Source of the DNA: the human T2T-CHM13v2.0 reference genome, Homo sapiens
Strand: one strand, 5' to 3'
NCBI RefSeq assembly: GCF_009914755.1
Contig: NC_060925.1
DNA: 64,000 nt
Part shown: positions 34,741 to 47,605 of the stretch, piece by piece
How positions within the stretch are numbered: position 1 is the first letter of the stretch
Layout of the letters: each line of letters opens with the position of its first letter
Position numbers and translations under genes: made by a program
Notes under the pieces: model-generated
What the model saw: the letters and a program-made list of their open reading frames with translations, nothing else
What the model was told of the DNA's origin: nothing
Database searches by the model: none

Positions 34741-35254
34741 GTCTGTAGTTCATGAGAACAGAAAAACATCCTGAAGATTCTAAGAAAAAGCCCTTATTTG
34801 AAAGGCAGACAACAAAAGTATTTTTAAATAAGTTTTTCTCTTATTTCAATCAGGTGCAAGAATAAGAAGGTAATAGACTGAGATAAGAAATTAAATGAAG
34901 AAATACAATAAAATAAAATTTGACACAATGGTCAAAATATAACCTAAACTGGAGAGAATAAACAGAAAAATGGACCTTGCATAAACATTAAAATCTTCTC
35001 AGAATGCAAGAGAAAAGAAGGAAAATTCTGATAATTACAGAATGGAGGATGAGTTACATAGATCCAACCTGTAAGTATTAAAGAATGTCTAAAGAAAACA
35101 GTAAATGGATCAGAGGGTCAGAGTAAGTGGATCCAGGGGTATAATATATAGGAAAACACTTTCTGAATTTCCAGAGAAATACTCTGAAGATCGAAATGCC
35201 CCACTATATTCCAAGCAAAATTAGTAAAAAGATCTACACCTGCATGCATTCTCT

Positions 35255-35780
35255 TCTGATAATCTCTTAACCACACTTCCGCTAGAATGATCCATTCAAA
35301 TCACAAGTCTTAGAACATCATTCCCAGGTTCAAATGCTTTAATCTCTTTCCAGAGCTGTTAATATAAAGGACTAAATTCCAACATGGCCCACAAGGCCCA
35401 TGGTTGGCCTTGCACTTCTGCACCTGCTCTCCCTTGCTTTCTGCCCGACTGGACCTTCTTTCTGTTCCTTGCACAGGCATGCTCCTTCTAGCACAGGAAC
35501 TTGGCATATGTTGTTGCCTCCCCCCAGGAATGCTCTCATCCTCCCCCACGAATTTCCTCTGGTTAACTCTTATTTTAGGATCTCATACAACACTTCCACA
35601 AGGAAACCCTCCCAGACCTCTCTAACGAGGCGAAGCATACCTACTATACGCTCGTGTAGCACCATGCACCTTTCTACTTTAGTACTTCCGACAAGTAGGT
35701 TTATGTTTATTTATAGGACTCTTTGATTACTATCTGCCTCCCACTCAGAGTATAACCTCCACAAGGGTAGGGACCAAGGA
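35255..35780 (+). mobile_element. L2 3' fragment
   Basis: Typical L2 motifs (ttggcatatgttgttgcctcc..ggaatgctctc; ggaaaccctcccagacc). Confidence 0.65.
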
Positions 35781-37509
35781 GCCAAGTTAAGTTTCCAAGC
35801 AGGGCACACACTGCCAGATCCCGTATTAAACACACACATCCTTGCAACACCAAATTGGGAAGTTCCACTGCTGGCTGTCCGCTGTTGCCCTTTCTCCTCT
35901 TTCTTCTTTCACGGGCCTCTCCAGTCAGCCTTTGCCTTAAGAATTCTCCAGGTGTGCGGGAGACATCAGACTCATTTATCCCCAAAATTCCAAGGGACAC
36001 ATCAAAACGTCCCAAGCCCTCCCAGTGAACTGTCCAACGTCATCATGGGGCAAAGGTGGGGAGGAGACCTAGAGGACAGCCCAGGAGGGAAAAAGCCACA
36101 TTACTCTCCCCCTACAATAAAGACTACATTTTCCTGTTTAAAGAACCTCCCTTTCACATTTCAAGTCTTTTCTTGTAGTCTATAGGTATGTGATAATGGA
36201 GTGATGGTCACAAGATTGGTTTGTGTCTAGCAACGTGTTGAGGCTCTTTTAAAAAGTAAAGATGTAAAGATCTCAAAGTCTTTTGAGAAAACAGGAAAAG
36301 TCCCAGTCAACATCCTGTTGTGATCATATTCCTGAAAGACTGGAAGATAGGAATATGAAAAGGGGATCAACCACGATTCCACTTCCCTAAAACCAATGGC
36401 TTTTTCTTTTCAGTGTATTTTCTTCCACTGTTTTATCAAGTACTGCTTTTCTCCACTTCATTTCACATCACATGCATTGCTCCAAATTACTCCATGCTGA
36501 TTACATGTATCTTAAATGGATGCATAATATGATGCATGGTTTCACAAAACTTTATTTTGTAATCAATACTGAAATGAACTTCTTCGCAGATGTAGGATTT
36601 TCCATTTTTGTACTAATTCCTAAGGGGTGATTTCTAAAACTGATGTTATAGACTATGTTTGGCAACTGATTTTGCTAGCCAACATCCATTCTCACTGCTT
36701 CTAGTAACAGGACTCTGAAGCTTTCCTCTGCTGAAGCTTAAAAAAGCCCAGAAATTCCAGCACACTATTTTGTGTGGTTAAAATAAAAGGATGATCAAAG
36801 TATGAAGCACATAGTTTATTGCCATACAAAAATTTCCTTTGTTCACAACGCTTAAAGATGGGGAGAATAATTAGAACAAATTTCACTGGGAATACACTTG
36901 ACAGGTGAAGTACATTAACCACATAGTGAATGAGTTCCAATTTTGTTACAGTCGAATTATTAAAGTTTAGTTGGTCAATTAGGATGACAACAGGCTTCTG
37001 TGGAAAGAAAAGTCTAATTGAAGTTTAGGGAGTGCCTTTATATGGCTTGAGCAACACAGTGGAAATCTGTGACAACATTTATATTCCCTAGACATGAGAG
37101 GGCAGTGCCAGTGTTGACTGGTGAGGCTTCAGAGATTAACTCAAAGGCTAACATGGTTCGGCCCTGTTGCAGCCTGAGCTGTAGGTCTTTGCAGAAGCAG
37201 CCGACAGAGTGTAGCCCTGCCACGGCCTAAATTCTCAAAGTGTCTGTCAAACTCTTAGGTTATATGTACTTTGGAACCCAGCAGTTGAAGTCTGTAACTC
37301 ACCTACGAGGTGTCATAGGTGTGATGTGTTATGTAACATTCTCAGAGGGAAGAGAAGTACACTCCAAGTTCTTACCACATAAAACATATATCACTCATGT
37401 AGCAAATTATGTAAGTGTTTGAAATCATTTCAAAGCTATGTAACACACATCGAATACTTCCATCAAATGTCCATATAGACTATCATGTAATCAAAGAATA
37501 GACTCCTTT

Positions 37510-39500
37510 TTTCCCCAACAGATGCCTCTTTTTTCTTTTTCTTGCCTTATAGAACTGGCTAGATTCTCCAGCACAACATTGAATAAAAATGCAGATATTC
37601 TTGTCTTGTTCTTGAGCTTAGGACAAAATCATTCATGCCTTTCACCATTAAATGTAATTTTAGCTGTAGAGTTTTCATAGATACTCTTCATCAGGTTCAG
37701 GAAGTTCCTTCTATTCCCTCTTAGCTGAGAGTTTTTATCAGGAATGGTTGTTGGATTTTGTCAATGCTTCTCCTTCATCTATTGAGATCAATCACATGGT
37801 TTTTAGTTTGTTTATATGGTGAAATACAGTGATTGATTTTGGGATGTCAAATGAACTTTGTGTTCCTGCAATAAATCCTACTTGGTCATGATGTATTATT
37901 TTAAAAATATATTGTTAGATTTGATTTGCTGATTTTTAAAGAATTTGTGCATCTATGTTCTTAAGGAACATTGGTCTATAGTTTTCTCGTAACGTCTGTT
38001 TGGTTTTGCTATCAGGGTAATGCTAGCCTTGTAGAATGAGTAGAGAAGTATTCTCTTCAATATTCTGGAACAGTCTGTGTAGAACTGAAATTGTTTTCTC
38101 ATTAAATGTTTGGTAGAATTCACCAGTGAAGCTATCTGGGCTGGAGTTTTCTTTTAAAGAGAAGGTCTCTTTAAAAATTTAATTTATTTAATAAATAAAG
38201 AACTATTCAAGTTATCTATTTCTTCTTGAGTGAAGACTGGTTCTTTGAGAACTATTCATTGATCTTTTTTCCTTGTTTACTGTTTACTGCTTTATTGATT
38301 TGCACTCTAATTTTCATTATTTCATTTCTTCTGCTTATTTTTCATTTCATCTGCTCTTCTTTTTCCAGTTTCTTAAAGTGGTTAAGAATGTTACTTAAGT
38401 ACTGCTTGAGCAACATTCCACAAATTTCGATATGTTTTCAATTTTTATTCAGCTCAAAATACTTTCTAATTTTCTACTTTTTAGAAGTCTGTTATTTAGT
38501 TTCCAAATATTTGGGGATTCCTATTAGTCTTTGTTATTGATTCCCAATTTAATTTTCAGTCAGAGAACATACTCTTCTGAAAGGAAAATAAAATCTTGGC
38601 ACTTCAAATTCACTATGCCAAAAGGGAAAAATTAACCTTGGAAGCTGAGTCATGAAAAAAAGCAAAACGCTTGCTTTTTCTTTTGTTCTTAAACTGATAG
38701 CTATAGCTAGAAGGCCACATGTGGGAGCCTCCCTCACCCTGACAATGTAAATTAACAGCTTATCTTCACAGGCAAGGGACAAAAAGAAATCATCTCCCAC
38801 CCACCCCAGGAATGCATGTTTGACTGCTTCCTCTACTCTATGTTTATTTTATGTAAAGTGCAGATTTACTGAGCAGAAGACAAATACATAATTGACTGTT
38901 CCCTCTACCCCTCCTTTTGTAGTGCAACATGTGGATTCAGTGAGCCTAATCAAAACCTTGAAAGAATGTGACCATACCCTCCCTCTTTTTTTTCCTTTTT
39001 CCCCTTTCCCCTCCTGCCCACTTTTCCACATTTAAATATTGAATACTTCAAAATCCTATTTGGAAAAAAGTACAGGTCACAGATCCTACAATCCTACTGT
39101 GGCTTGTGTCTCTTTTTCCGAGGCACATCCTCAACCTTGGAAAAATAAACTTTTAAATTGATTGAGACTTGCCTCAGTGATTTTCTTTGGTGTATACTCT
39201 GTATCACTTGAATACTTTCCAAGTGAAGACATGCTTTATAATCCAGAGTATGGACTGTTTTGGCCAGATGTTTTCTATATACTGGAAAGAAATGTGTATT
39301 CTGCTGTTGTTGAATGGCATGTTCTATAAATCTCAATTACATCAAGTTGGTTGATAGTCTTGATGTCTTCTATATCTCTGTGGATTTTCCATTTGTTCTA
39401 GTGATTATTGAGAGAAAGGTATTGATATATCTGCCTATAATTCTGGATTTATCTACTTCTCTTTGGAGATTTCTCCATTTTTGCTTCATGTATTTTGAAG
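37510..39500 (-). mobile_element. Old L1M fragment
   Basis: ORF2 antisense-like T-rich sequence, interrupted by an LTR. Confidence 0.78.
38578..39196 (+). mobile_element. ERV1 solo LTR (MER4 group)
   Basis: Starts tgaaaggaaaataaaatcttgg and has aataaac..aaattgattgagac near the 3' end. Confidence 0.75.
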
Positions 39501-40280
39501 CCCCTACTCACCAGCATGGTCTTCCTGAGCCCCTCCAAGAGTAATCTCACCACCAGCCCATCCACCCCTACCCCAAGGTCAACAACAGTGTCAGTAGTTG
39601 GCCTACAGGGGACCCATTGTGTGCATGTGATTAGGGAGACTCTGGGACCACCTGCCTAACTCCTTGTACACTTCCAACCACCCTTACTCCGTGTCTCCCA
39701 GACAACCAGACTGGGGCAAGTGTTGGGAAGATGGAGACATAGGAATGATCAGGATGGGAAAGAGGCTCCTCCCCCTCCTCCAACAGGCACTGCTTCCAGC
39801 CCAGACTGGTGTGTGTGGTTGTAGGGCAGGAGGGGGTGTAGGGCCAGACCTGAATCCATCTATGAGGAAAAGTAAGCCTGTAGGCTCAAGTCTCCACTCC
39901 ACCCTGAAGTTTGGCAGGGTAAGGCAGATGGAACTCCTCTAGCTCCTCCAGTGCTATGAGCTGCTTCCTTTCTGAGAGAGAGGTAGGACTTGTGAGTCAG
40001 TGCTTCAGGTGTCCCCATGTCACTACCAGACTGCTCATGGCCACCAAATTCTTCCAGCAGCCTTGGGCTGGGAGAGGAGGCAGTCAGGGTGACTATTGAT
40101 GGCATTAAGTGTTGGAGGGCTGTGCAACTCCCCGCCCCTTGACCCACTCTCTTCCCTTTGGCTTTGCAAAGGAAAACCTCCTTGTTTCTCACCTTTTCTT
40201 ACCTTCTGGTGAGGTAAGGTGAGGGAGAGAGGCCTTACGTTTCTTCTCACTGCCTCTCACAGGTTATCCAAGCCCAGAAG

Positions 40281-40838
40281 TGTTACCAGAAAGGGGACCG
40301 GATCCAGACCCCAAGAGAGGGTTCTTGGATCTCATGCAAAAAAAGAATTCAGGGTGAGTCCATAGAGTAAAGTGAAAGTAAGTCTATAATGAAAGTGAAG
40401 GAATAGAAGGATGGCTGCTCCTCCATAGACAGAGCAGCCCGGTGGATTGCTGATTGCCCATTTTTATGGTTATTTCTTGATTATATGCTAAACAAGGTGT
40501 AAATAATTCTGGCCTGCCTTTTTTAGATCATATTGCGTAACTTCCTGTCGTTGCCATGGCATTTGTCAACTGTCATGGTACTGGTGGGAGTGTAGTAGTG
40601 AGGACGACCAGAGGTCACTGTCATTGCCATCCTGGTGTTGGTGGGTTTTAGCCAGTTTCTTTACTGCAACCTGTTTTATCAGCAAGGTCTTTATGACCCA
40701 TGCCTTGTGCCAACCTCCTGTCTCATCTTGTGACTAAGAATGCTTTAACCTCCTGGGAATGCAGCCCAGCAGGTCTCAGCCTTATTTTACCCATCCCCTA
40801 GACAAGATGGAGTTGCTCTGATTCAAACGTCTCTGACA
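40281..40838 (-). mobile_element. MER41 solo LTR (MER41A-like, 558 bp)
   Basis: Minus strand TGTCAGAGACGTTTGAATCAGAGCAACTCCATCTTG ... TTTCTGGTAACA, near-TSD gaag/aaag. Confidence 0.88.
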
Positions 40839-41834
40839 AAAGCACTCTCAATATCTGAGCCCCCCATTAACAAGAACAAATAAATAAACGAAAACCATAA
40901 TAAAACATCAATAATCTGGTGTCTAGGAGAAATTTAGCTGTTGTACACCATTTGTTATGATGAAACTCCTCCAGCTTCTCCAAATGCTGTGAGCCATCTC
41001 GTGTCTGAAGTTCAGATAGAACCTGTGACTCAGGTACCTCAGGTGTCCAAGCATCACTACCAGATTGCCCTTGACCACCAGATTCTTTCAGCAGCCTTGG
41101 GGTGGGGGAGTGGACAGTGAAGGTGACTGTTGCAAGCATTAAGTGTTGGAGTGCTATACTGCTTCCATCCTCTCCAGCCCCTCTGTTCCCCATGATTTGT
41201 TTCTCCTGGAGTGAATACACGCGGAGGACCTTAAGAGCAAGGTCTTAAAATATGTGCAACACATACAAGCTTTTCAAAGAACAATTATTCAGAATACATA
41301 CAGAACTCTTACAAATCAGCAAGACAGGCAAGCTAGTAGAAAATAATTTAGAGATAGAAACAGGCACTTAGTACAAAAGGATACGCAAATCACCAATAAA
41401 TAGGCAATGGCCCTGGGACTTCCTGCTCACCGTACCTGTACCAACAGCCTGACTGGGCCAGGCTTTCCACTGGTGCAGTTCTCATACCTGTCACTGCCAA
41501 GAATGGCTCTTTTTGAAGTGAGGCTGCTGAGTCTGGGAGCATCAAGAGTGGGAGGGAAAGCATGGGCTTGCTATAGCCATGTTTCAGAGCAAAGAGCACA
41601 GACTGGGGTTTGGGCACTGATTAGTCTGTCAGTGTTTATTGTGGTTTTGCCAATTACTTTTCCCCTTGGGCTTTAGCGTCCCTATTTATCTGATGGAAGA
41701 GTGGGATGAAATCAGAGTTGTTACCTGATATTCAACACATGAATTCTATTTAATTTGGCCAGCACAGTCACTGTCCTTCTCACTCTCACTCTCTCAAATA
41801 GGATTGGCTGTCAACATTTAAATATCAAGATTTC

Positions 41835-41964
41835 GGAGCGGGGCGCGATGGCTCACGCCTGTGATCCCAGCACTTTGGCAGGCCGAGGTGGGCAGATCAC
41901 GAGGTCAGGAGATCGAAACACAGTGAAACCCCGTCTCTACTAAACATACAAAAAAAAAATTAAA
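41835..41964 (+). mobile_element. Left-monomer-only Alu
   Basis: Left arm plus A-tract between 17-bp TSDs ttaaatatcaagatttc. Confidence 0.9.
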
Positions 41965-42059
41965 TTAAATATCAAGATTTCTGGCTTCTCTTGAAGAATT
42001 AGGTGATGGGCCCACATTTCCACACTAAAACAACTGTCCAGAACTGCGTAGGAGGCCGT

Positions 42060-42510
42060 GTCTATTAGGCTGGATCAGAAATCTTGCTCAAGCAACACCC
42101 CTGCTGCCTCCCTCAGCATGAACCTCGGTATGAAGACAGAGACAATGTTATGTGTTCATCCCATAGGTTCTTCCCAGGCATTTCCCGGCCCCGTAGGGTT
42201 AGCATTGGTTGGCAAAAACCATGTGACAGAGATTTGCTGATGGCAATGTGATGCAGTAAAGAGATGGTGTAAATTCTCCATGTATTCTTACATTGTGTGG
42301 TTGGAAGCTAGAAACCTCTGAGAGGACAGACTGGCAAGAAAGAACCAGCTGACATCCCCAAGTGATCACTATAGGACAGCTGCCAAGAAAAGCTCGCTGA
42401 CTCCTCTGAGCCCCAAATAGAAGCAAAAAACAAAGCTTGGTTGTGTTAAGCCACTGATATGCAGGGGTTATCTGCTACCATGGTAGAGCTTGTCCTCTGC
42501 TGACTGATGA
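42060..42510 (+). mobile_element. Ancient MaLR LTR (MLT1-like)
   Basis: 3' motif ttgtgttaagccactga...ctgactgatga. The 5' border is uncertain. Confidence 0.55.
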
Positions 42511-43254
42511 AATGGATCATAAGAATAGTAGCAAATATTCATTGAGTGCTTCCTGATTTGAATGCCTAGTCATTGGGCTAAATACTTTACATATAATACC
42601 TTAGTTAGTCTTAATAATTATTCTGTCTGATAGGTACTATTATTTTACCCTTTTTAGATAAGAGGTTTAGAGATGTTAAGTCATATACTTGAGTTCATAG
42701 TAAGTGAGAGAGTTAGGCAGTCTGATGCCAAAACTTTCGCTACGCTCCTCTCTTTTTTCTATTCTATATTGTCTCGCTGAGTCTGTCTTTCTCTGTAAAA
42801 AAGGCAATGATAACCTCAACTTTAACAGTCAGATATTAGTTGTGCTAAGAGATAGTCTGGGTTAATTTTAAATTATTTGGATCAGTTTGAAGTTACGTGG
42901 AGAAATTGGCAATGGTTTAATCTACTTGAACCAGTCTATACCAGATAAGTACAGTTAGAATTAATTTGAGCTGGATTCTGCTAGTATAGACATTCTGGAA
43001 CACCCTTGGATTTTTGCTAATCCTTTAACAGAGATATTATTGGCAGTTAGATAGTAATTATTATGTTAAGAAAATGTAATTATATTCTTAGGTTACTGAA
43101 GAGTTTAATCAGAAATAATTAAATGTTTCAAAAATCATGTGGGCATCTCTAACACTGCTAGCGTAGCAAAACCTCCTGTCCAAAACCTCCTTCCAGTCAC
43201 TACCTCCTCCATCTTTTCCAAAGAAAAGCCTTACCCTGACTTAACATGCCATAG

Positions 43255-44220
43255 TGTGGGCGAAGGATTACCCAGGTGCTGAGGCAAGAGACTGAAGGCA
43301 CAAACTGTTGCAGTATAATAAGGAAAATAGTTAGAATAAGAATAGTTATAATACAAATTAGATATAGAGATAACCATAGACATTATCAATCATTAGTATA
43401 AATATTATTACTCATTAGCTTTTAATATTACTCTTTGTTGTATTACTAATATAACCAAGGAATAACCAGCGGGTATAGGGTCAGGTGCCAACGGGACATT
43501 GTGAGAAGTGACCTAGAAAGCAAGAGGTGAGCCCTCTGTCACACCTGCATAAGGGCCACTTGAGGGTTCCTTGGTCAAGCAGTAATGCCAGTGCCTGGGA
43601 AGGCACCCGTTACTTAGCAGACCGTGAAAGGGAGTCTCCCTTTCCTTGGAGGAGTCAGGGAACACTCTGCTCCACCACCTTCTTGTGGGAGGCTGGATAT
43701 TATCCAGGCCTGCCCGCAGTCATCCGGAGGCCTAAACCCCTGCCTGTGGTGCTGTGCTTCAGTAGTCATGCTCCTTGTCCACTTTCATGTTCCTCCCGCA
43801 CTCCTGGTTCCTCTTTGAAGTTCTTAGTAGATAGTGGTAGAAGAAATAGTGAAAGTCTTAAAATCTTTGATCTTTCTTATAAATGCATAGAAGAAAATGC
43901 TGACATATACTGCCTTCCCTCTCTGCTTCGGCTACCTAAGAGCAAAGGGCCCCCTGTCCCATGATCACGTGACTTGCTTGACCTTATCAATCACCTGGAC
44001 GACTCACCTGCCTTACCCTGCCTCCTTGTCTTGTATGCAATAAATATCAGCACACCCAGCTATTTGGGGCCACTACCGGTCTCCACGTCTTGGTGGTAGT
44101 GGTCCCCCGGGCCCAGCTGTTTTCTCTTTATCTCTTTGTCTTGTGTCTTTATTTCTTACAATCTCTCGTCTCCGCACACGGGGAGAACACCCTCAAAGCC
44201 CCGTAGGGCTGGACCCTACA
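43255..44220 (+). mobile_element. ERVK-class solo LTR (LTR13A-like, 966 bp)
   Basis: TGTGGGCGAAGGATTACCCAGG...GGACCCTACA with a perfect 6-bp TSD CCATAG (43249-43254, 44221-44226), inserted in an old L1ME. Confidence 0.9.
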
Positions 44221-45238
44221 CCATAGATTAGTTTTGCTTAGCTTTAAACGCTTTATAAATGGAATTACACAGGATGCATTATTGTGCCTGCATTCATTCA
44301 ACACTATGTATGCCAGATTTACCCATATTATTGTATGTAGCTGTATTGTTCATACATTTGTATTGCTGTATAATATTCCAGTGTATGAATATGCCATAAT
44401 TTATTTATCCATTACACTGTCATTGAATATTGGGTTGTTTCCAGTTTGGGTTTATTACAAATAATGCTGCCATGAACCTCTTTCATATCTTTAATTATAC
44501 TTGTGTAACCATTTATTTAATACATATAGATAGGCAGGAAGTTACTGGATTATACAATACATGCATACTCTTCTTTAGTACATAATGTCAAACATTTTCC
44601 AAAGTGGTTCTACCAATCTACATACCCAGCATCAGGGTATAAGAGCTCCAGTTGCTCCATAATCTTGCCAGTATTTGGTATAGACCATCTTTTTAATTTT
44701 AGCCATTCTGATGGGTCTGTAGTATTAACTCATTGTGGTTTTAATGTGTATTTTCCTGAACATCTATGAGGTTGAGCACCTTTTTATATATGATTGGTCA
44801 TTTTGCTCTCCTCTTTCATGAAGTACCTTTTCAAGTCTCTTACTATTTTTCTACTGGAGTGTGTATTTTTTTATTTATTTATAGGAGTTCTTTTATATAT
44901 TACTGATAAGATCCCTTTTTATATTTGTGGATTTTCTTTTTACATTGTATGGTGTGGCTCTATCATAATTTACCTATTTTTATTTATAATTATTTAGATT
45001 GCTTTCAATGTTTTTATTCCAACAACTTCTATGAATTGAGGATTGTGGGTATTGTTTAGGATAGAGTATTTAGTATCAATCTCTTAGGTTTTTTTCAACA
45101 GCATTCAGCACCATATGAAAGGCAAATGGCTGGGATCAGCCAGGTTGAGTTTTTCTTTCCAGGAAAGTGAGATTAAAAAATATAATACCACAAGATAATT
45201 GATAATATTGGTTTTCAAAAAGTCATTGAAATTATAAA

Positions 45239-45395
45239 ATTGATAAGGTCAATCACGTGACTTGCTTGACCTTATCAATCACCTGGGCTACTCACCCTCC
45301 TTACCCTACCCCTTGTCTTGCATGCAATAAATATCAGCGCGCCTAGATATTCCAGGCTGCTACCAGAATAGCGCACCCAGCTATTCAGGGCCACT
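45239..45395 (+). mobile_element. Rearranged LTR13A-like fragment
   Basis: Matches about 43964-44075, with an added inverted 14-mer and an internal duplication. Confidence 0.85.
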
Positions 45396-45654
45396 GTTGA
45401 CTCTGAACTATGTAAGGAGGGAAGTAAAGACAGCATGGGAATTAGAGTTACTAGATATAGAGAAAGAAAGGATGGTGGGCTGGAGGCCAAGTGAATTGGG
45501 AGGAATAGAGTGACTACACTGTAAGGACAGGAAGTCATGGTCAGAGAACAGTATATCTGAATATGTGGTTTCAGAAGTGGGACAATTCTTCAGTAATGAG
45601 AAGGACCAGATATGCCCGTAAGTGGCTGAAGTAGAAGGCAAGTGGTGAATTTTG

Positions 45655-46720
45655 GTGAAAATTTGCAAACCATGCATCTGACAAGGGGTTATATCCAAAA
45701 TATACAAGGAAATCAAACAACTCAATAGCAACAAAACAAAACAAACACCAAATAATTTAAAAGTGGGCAAAAGACCAAAATAGACATTTCTCAAAAGAAC
45801 ACATATATATGGCCAACAGGTATATGAAAAAAATGTTCAACATCACTAATCATCACGGAAATGCGAATCAAAACTACAGTGTGATATCACCTCACCCCAA
45901 ATAGAATGAGTATTATCAAAAAGGCGAAAATGACAAATGCTTGTGTGGATATGGAGAAAACGGAACCCTTACGCACTGTTTTGGTGGGAGTGTAAACTAG
46001 TACAACCATTATGGAAGACAGTATAGAGTTTCCACAAATGAATTAAAAGTAGAAGTATCATATGATTCAGAAATCCCACTACTGGGTACTGATCCAAAGA
46101 AAATCAATATGTCAAAGGGAAATCTGCACTCCCATGTTTCCTGGAGCCTTATTCACAATAGCCAAGCTATGAAATTATCCTAAAAGTCCATCAATGCATG
46201 AATGAATAAAGAAAAGGTAGTACATATGCACAATAGAATAAAATTTAGTCATAAAAAAAGCATGACACCTTGTTATTTGTAGCAATGTAGATGAACCTAT
46301 AGGGCATTACGTTAAGTGAACTTAGAGGACATCACATTAAGTGAAAAAGCCAGGAACAGAAAGACAAATACCACATGATCTCACTCATTTGTGGGCTCTA
46401 AAAAAAGTCAATCTCATAAAAGTACAGAACAGAATAGTGGTTGCTAGAGGAGAAATGGGGAGAGATTGGTGAAAGAGTACAAAATTACAGATAGGAGAAA
46501 TAAGTTGTGGTGTTCTATTTCACGTTAGAGGGACTATTGTATATTTCAAGACACCTAAAAGAGTCTTTTCGATATTTGCACCAAGAAGAAATAAGTGAAG
46601 TGATGTATTTGTTACATATACTGATTTGATCATTACACAATGTACACAAGTATTAAAATATCACACTGTACCCCATAAATATGTGCAATTCTTATGTGTC
46701 AAAAATCAAACTTTTACAAA
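45655..46720 (+). mobile_element. L1MA-like 3' fragment inserted in L2-like sequence; (CA)n follows at 46744-46796
   Basis: ORF2 end plus 3'UTR (...cactgtaccccataaatatg). Confidence 0.85.
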
Positions 46721-46740
46721 ATACAGAATGTGTTATAAGT

Positions 46741-46799
<59 letters not shown>

Positions 46800-47439
46800 A
46801 GGCCAGAGAATTGAATCAGGCCATCTAAATGAACACTGAAGTCACTCAGTGTGATGAACTCAAGAATAGGACTTTGAGACAATTGTAACAATGTTAATAG
46901 GAAAAGAGAGAAAGAGAGTGTCCAGGAGATGTTAGGGGACAGTGCAGGGAAATGGTGATGTATAGCACAAGCTTTAAGGAGCAAGAGGTTTTCTTTTTTT
47001 TTCTTTAAACATCCCTCCACTGGGAGTTCAGACCCACTGCCCATCTATCTCCCTAGCACCTGCTGCTCTGTGTTCCCCCACAGGCCCCTCAGGTCACTCA
47101 GCATCCTCAGCATTGGGCGGGTCACTGCTTGGCTCAGCAGAGACATGAGGAAGGGTCCTGAGCTTTATAACCCTTGGGCACTGTAGTGGGGAAGTGGTCA
47201 TGGGCTGGGGCACCATTGCTGGTTTTCAGTGTTCGTGCTGAATTTATCAAAGTTTAACAACATACCTTATACCAGCAATTCAAGTCTATTTATATGTAAA
47301 CATGCATATTATATTTATTCATCATATATAGTTGCATCATTTATACAAATATCAATACAACTGACTCTAAAATATTATATATTTAATAAATAAAGTCTAT
47401 ATTACAAATACATATGTACATATACACATAATGTGTGTA

Positions 47440-47605
47440 ATTTTTTTTTAACTTTTAGGCTCTGGAGTGCATGTGCAGGTTTGTTATATAGGTAAACTGC
47501 ATGTCACAGGGGTTTAGTGTACTGATTATTTGCCACCCAGCTAATAAGTATAGTACACCATAGGTAGTTTTTCAATCCTCTCTCTCCTCTCACGACCGTC
47601 AAGTA
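47440..47605 (-). mobile_element. Short L1P 3'-end fragment
   Basis: catgtgcaggtttgttatataggtaaactg motif. Confidence 0.8.

Noticed and set aside
38152-38176. 11-bp inverted repeat ttttaaagaga-agg-tctctttaaaa
   Set aside because: It is short, AT-rich and inside an old L1, with no further support.
41500-41570. Peptide EVRLLSLGASRVGGK resembling an amine-oxidase 'GG' motif
   Set aside because: There is no preceding GxGxxG motif, no exon boundaries and no other matching segments, so it is likely chance.
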